Positions 60,100 to 64,000 of a stretch of 64,000 nt of DNA are shown in pieces (position 1 is the stretch's first letter; every line of letters starts with the position of its first letter). The notes beneath the pieces are model-generated. The model was not told the DNA's origin. It made no database searches and saw nothing but the letters and a program-made list of their open reading frames with translations. The position numbers and the translations under genes are program-made. The stretch comes from Hypanus sabinus (lineage: Eukaryota), in NCBI RefSeq assembly GCF_030144855.1, contig NC_082731.1:26288001-26352000 (forward strand), given 5' to 3'.

Positions 60100-61020
60100 T
60101 CAGACCCAATACCTCACCTCATCTCTGCAAACTACTCCAGTCCCTACACCATTCCCTGTCTCTATAACCTCCTCCTTCCCAACACCCTTCCCATTCTCTG
60201 TAACGCTCTCCAGCCCCTACACCTTTCCGATCTCTGAAACCCTCTGCCCCCCTAAAACGTTCCTTATCTCTGTAACCCTCATCTAGTTCCCACGTCCTTC
60301 CCTGTCTCTGTAATCCCCTGGCTCCGACAACCCGCCATCTCTCTGTAATCACTCCGGCCCTAATAACCTACCCTGTCTCTGGCCACTACATACTTACATG
60401 TCTCTGTAACACTCTCTGGTCACTACACCCTCCCTGTTTCTGTAACTCCCTCCAGCGACCCACCCCTCTCTGTTCTCTGTAAAACTGCACTGCCCTCACA
60501 ACCCTCACTTTCTCTGCAAACTCCTCTGGATCCTGTACTGATCCCGTCTCTGTAAACTGCTCCAGGTTCTATACTGTTCCCTATCTCTATAACACTTTGA
60601 AATCTCTACACCCTTTCAAGTCTCTTATAGCCCTTTCCGGCTTCGACGCCATGGTTTATCTCTATAACTCCTTGCTTCCCTTACAGCCTTCCCCGTCCTT
60701 ATCTCAGTAAACTATTCGGCCATACACTTCTCCCTGTCTCTGTAAACCCATGTGGTCCATCATCCCTTGTAACCTTCTACCCCCATACCCCTTCCTGCCT
60801 CTGTAACCAGAACTGTATCCTGTACCACCTTGTGCCATTCTAATCCTACCCCACCGCCCCTATATACCTCCCTATCTATGTAACCCTTACGGGCACGGCA
60901 CCTCTCGTTACTTCTGTAAACCCCTCGGCCCCTGCTCCCCTTCCCTGTCCACGTAACCTCTCCAGCCTAGCAGCCTCTGTAACTCCCTCAAGCCCCCACA
61001 GCCCCCTGTTAACTGAAATC
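60100..61020 (+). repeat. Degenerate ~36-bp minisatellite (ccctacacccttccctgtctctgtaac...)
   Basis: tctgtaa-like cores at 60124, 60161, 60197, 60233, 60269, 60307, 60342 and onward. Confidence 0.85.
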
Positions 61021-61699
61021 TCTACAGTGGTAAATAGGCATTTTCCAACGGGTCAAAGTTCAAAATAAGTTTATTGTCAAAGTAAATATTAGTCACCTAA
61101 GAATCATTTTTGCGGGCATCTTCTGAAAATCCAATCGTCATAGTCGTGAAACACTGCAACCAACAGACAGCGCTAATACTAAAGGAAAAAAGAAATAATA
61201 ATAACTGAATAACTGATAAACATCGAGAACATGAGACAAAGAGTTCTGCTTGAAAGGGAGTCAGTACGATGAAGCCAGTTGCTGGGGGCCTCAGAAGAGC
61301 AGGCAGAATCGGTGGAGGGAAATGGACAGTCGATGTCCTGAACCTGAAACATCAACTGCCTGTTTCCCTTCACAGATGCTGCACAACCACTTCTGCTCGT
61401 CCAACGCCCTGTGGGAAAATCCGGCTCAAGACAACTAAGGTGGATTTTTTAGGTGCTGCCTGTTTAGGTCAGCTTGGGACAGCAAGTCCAATCCCCGGCC
61501 AAACAACAGCCGCTAGGGTTTGCTTTGCTTGCTTGTTTGTGTGCGTGTGCGCATGTGTGTATCTGTGTTTGTGTCTGTATTAGTTATCGGAACATCCTTT
61601 AGAACTTTATTCCAAAACAAGGATTGACACCTGTCACTTCAAGGAGGATCCATTTGCATGAGGGAAACTCGGTCAACCAATTATTCTTTTCTTGAGTGA

Positions 61700-62165
61700 G
61701 ACAGGCAACGGGAGGAAGTCTCTAAACCCAAAGAAATAAACATGTTTTTCTCATAAGTTGCAGGTGATCATTATCTCGCTTCCTGTTGTAGCTGCAAACA
61801 CCCGAAACCTGCGGTTGTTGATGTCGCCCGTCTCTCCTTCCTGCTGAATGGCAAGGCAGCGTCATTCGCTGCCTTCTTCCCACCCCCTCTCTTCTGAGCG
61901 TTTGACCCACTTAGACACGCGTTCGCCGGAAGCAAAGAGCCGGGCTGCGGGAACTCAGTGCGTCCCTGAAAGTGGGTCAGTCAGCAGGTGTCGGGCAATG
62001 GAAAGTATCTCAGAGACGTATAGTTTCCACTGCCTTGAAGAGGCTAGGACCAGTCCTCAGCTGGCGCGCGCCGGGGGGTGGGGGGAGTCCGTTGGACCGC
62101 AAGTGGGCGGTTTGAAACTTGCAAACAGCAAACACACTGCCAGACACGCGCTCTTGAAAGCACAC
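61700..62165. promoter_or_regulatory. Candidate TCR alpha enhancer (CpG-rich transcription-factor motif cluster)
   Basis: gaggaagt 61712, E-box caggtg 61761, GATA ttatct 61771, ETS cttcctgt 61779, RUNX tgcggtt 61810, ETS cttcctg 61837, CRE half-site cgtca 61860, RUNX accgca 62096; about 4.7 kb 3' of the C-alpha stop. Confidence 0.45.
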
Positions 62166-62166
62166 A

Positions 62167-62328
62167 NNNNNNNNNNNNNNNNNNNNNNNNNNNNNNNNNN
62201 NNNNNNNNNNNNNNNNNNNNNNNNNNNNNNNNNNNNNNNNNNNNNNNNNNNNNNNNNNNNNNNNNNNNNNNNNNNNNNNNNNNNNNNNNNNNNNNNNNNN
62301 NNNNNNNNNNNNNNNNNNNNNNNNNNNN
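62167..62328. other. Assembly gap (N run) flanked by CA dinucleotides
   Basis: 162 N. Confidence 0.99.
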
Positions 62329-62649
62329 CACACGCTACTGCTTAAGTCGAGTGCACTACAGGCAGTGTTCACAATGAAGTTCGCTCTAGACGATAGAAAC
62401 CAGGACCAGGTCAGAGACTGGGCCATCTCTTGGCGTGGCAACTGCACTCAGACGTCTGGAGCGACCTGTCACTTTCATTTCCACCCCAGTCTTACAATTA
62501 CCTCTTTGCACTGTTTCAAGGATACGTGATCAAGACAAATAATTTTCCATCTGGTTCACATTACAGTCAGGAGAACTCATATCAAGTTCGCCAAAAGCAA
62601 ATCTGAGTCATATTCTCCCCTGAATTTGAATAGGGTGTGTTCTATTTGT

Positions 62650-62687
62650 ATACCAGGGTTGTAAAACATTCACAGATCTCTCTCTCG

Positions 62688-62722
<35 letters not shown>

Positions 62723-63900
62723 AACCTATCTCTATTTCTATATCTCTCTATCTCTCACCCCTTTGTCTGCCCTTGGACACTCTCTGTACCTCTCCTTCAT
62801 TACAGCCCTCCCTGCCTCTCACTTTGTTTTTTTCTCTGCCCCCTCGCTCTCTGTCTTGCCCTCTCTTTCTCTCTCCAGCTCGCCATCTTCATCTGCCTTT
62901 TTGCCTCTTACTCTGAAGCTGCCTTGTTGAACACCTTTTACTGCACCCCTTTCTCTGCATTCCTCTCACCCTTGCAATCTACCACTCTCTCTATCGGCTC
63001 TCTCCCTCCAACTTTCTGCTTGTCTATCTCCTCTCTCCAGTTCTACCTCACCCTTTCTCTGCCTGCTTATTTAATTCTTTCACCNNNNNNNNNNNNNNNN
63101 NNNNNNNNNNNNNNNNNNNNNNNNNNNNNNNNNNNNNNNNNNNNNNNNNNNNNNNNNNNNNNNNNNNNNNNNNNNNNNNNNNNNNNNNNNNNNNNNNNNN
63201 NNNNNNNNNNNNNNNNNNNNNNNNNNNNNNNNNNNNNNNNNNNNNNNNNNNNNNNNNNNNNNNNNNNNNNNNNNNNNNNNNNNNCAGGTTTGTCAAACAT
63301 TCACAGATCTCTCTCTCTCTAACTATCTATCCACCTATCTCTATTTCTATATCTCTCTATCTCTCTCCCTCTGTCTGTCTCTGTACCTCTCCTTCATTAC
63401 TCCTCTCCCTGCCTCTCATTGCTTTTTTCTCTGCCCCTTCGCTCTCTGTCTTGCCCTTTGCTTTCTCTCTCCAGCTCGCAATCTTCATGTGCCTCTTTTT
63501 GCTTCTTACTCCGAAACTGTCTTGTCGAACCCTTTTTCTGCACCCCTTTCTCTGAATATATCTCACTCTTCCATTCAACCACCCTCTCTATCGACTCTCT
63601 CCCTTTAATTTTCTGCCTGTCTATTTCCTCTCTCTCCAGTTCTACCTCACCCTTTCTCTGCCTCCTTGTTTAATGCTCTCTCTCTCTCTCTCTCTCTCTG
63701 CATTTGTCTCTCTGTCCTGTCTCTGCATTCCTCTCTTTCTCTCAGACTCACTTTCTCTCCCTCTCTCTCTCTGTCTCTTTCTGCCATTCTCTCTGCATCT
63801 CCCGCTACCTCTCTCGCTCTCTTCATCTGCATGTTTCTGTCTCTTTCCTCCAATCTCTCCTTCTGCCTGTCTCTCTGTCTCTCTCCCCTCTCTCTCACTC
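62650..63900. repeat. CT-rich low-complexity tandem duplicate (62655-63084 vs 63286-63700) around a gap
   Basis: Both copies begin tgt(a/c)aaacattcacagatctctctctc and align throughout with many substitutions. Confidence 0.75.
63085..63284. other. Assembly gap (N run)
   Basis: 200 N. Confidence 0.99.
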
Positions 63901-63913
63901 TGTCTCCCTTCCT

Positions 63914-63917
<4 letters not shown>

Positions 63918-64000
<83 letters not shown>
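63918..64000. repeat. (CT)n microsatellite running to the window end
   Basis: Perfect dinucleotide run. Confidence 0.97.

Noticed and set aside
62655-63700. Gap-flanking duplicate as a pure assembly overlap
   Set aside because: The two copies differ at many positions, so they look like real diverged tandem copies, although the gap size is unknown.
61848-63898. ORFs spanning N runs or CT/GA repeats at the window end, and 36525-36722
   Set aside because: Artefacts of assembly gaps and low-complexity sequence.
57050-64000. DAD1 or another downstream neighbour gene
   Set aside because: No recognisable coding exon of such a gene in the window.

Overview
Vertebrate antigen-receptor DNA: the 3' part of a T-cell receptor alpha locus, all on the + strand. 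The HE1-type SINE and CR1-type LINE content suggests a cartilaginous fish (inference). Bases ~100-51,000 hold a joining-segment array. I read 36 apparently intact J segments (nonamer/12-bp spacer/heptamer RSS, open FGXG frame, phase-1 GT donor), 2 open J segments with defective RSSs, and about 25 pseudo-J remnants. The array is built from two tandemly duplicated multi-J cassettes (about 4-28 kb and 32.6-48.3 kb). The constant gene follows: Ig-domain exon 54961-55242, hinge exon 56149-56196, TM/cytoplasmic exon 56941-57048 and a probable untranslated exon from 57521. The rest is CR1-like LINE fragments, tRNA-derived SINEs, a tRNA-Lys-derived pseudogene, mini/microsatellites and three N gaps. 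Three features most deserve a second look: (i) an FGXG-less, obligatorily non-productive J-like segment with an intact RSS and donor as the last RSS before C-alpha; (ii) inverted 33-bp repeat arrays bracketing the in-frame-skippable, cysteine-bearing hinge exon; (iii) a dense E-box/GATA/ETS/RUNX/CRE cluster about 4.7 kb downstream of C-alpha, a candidate E-alpha enhancer. Coordinates and counts were read by eye and should be verified computationally.
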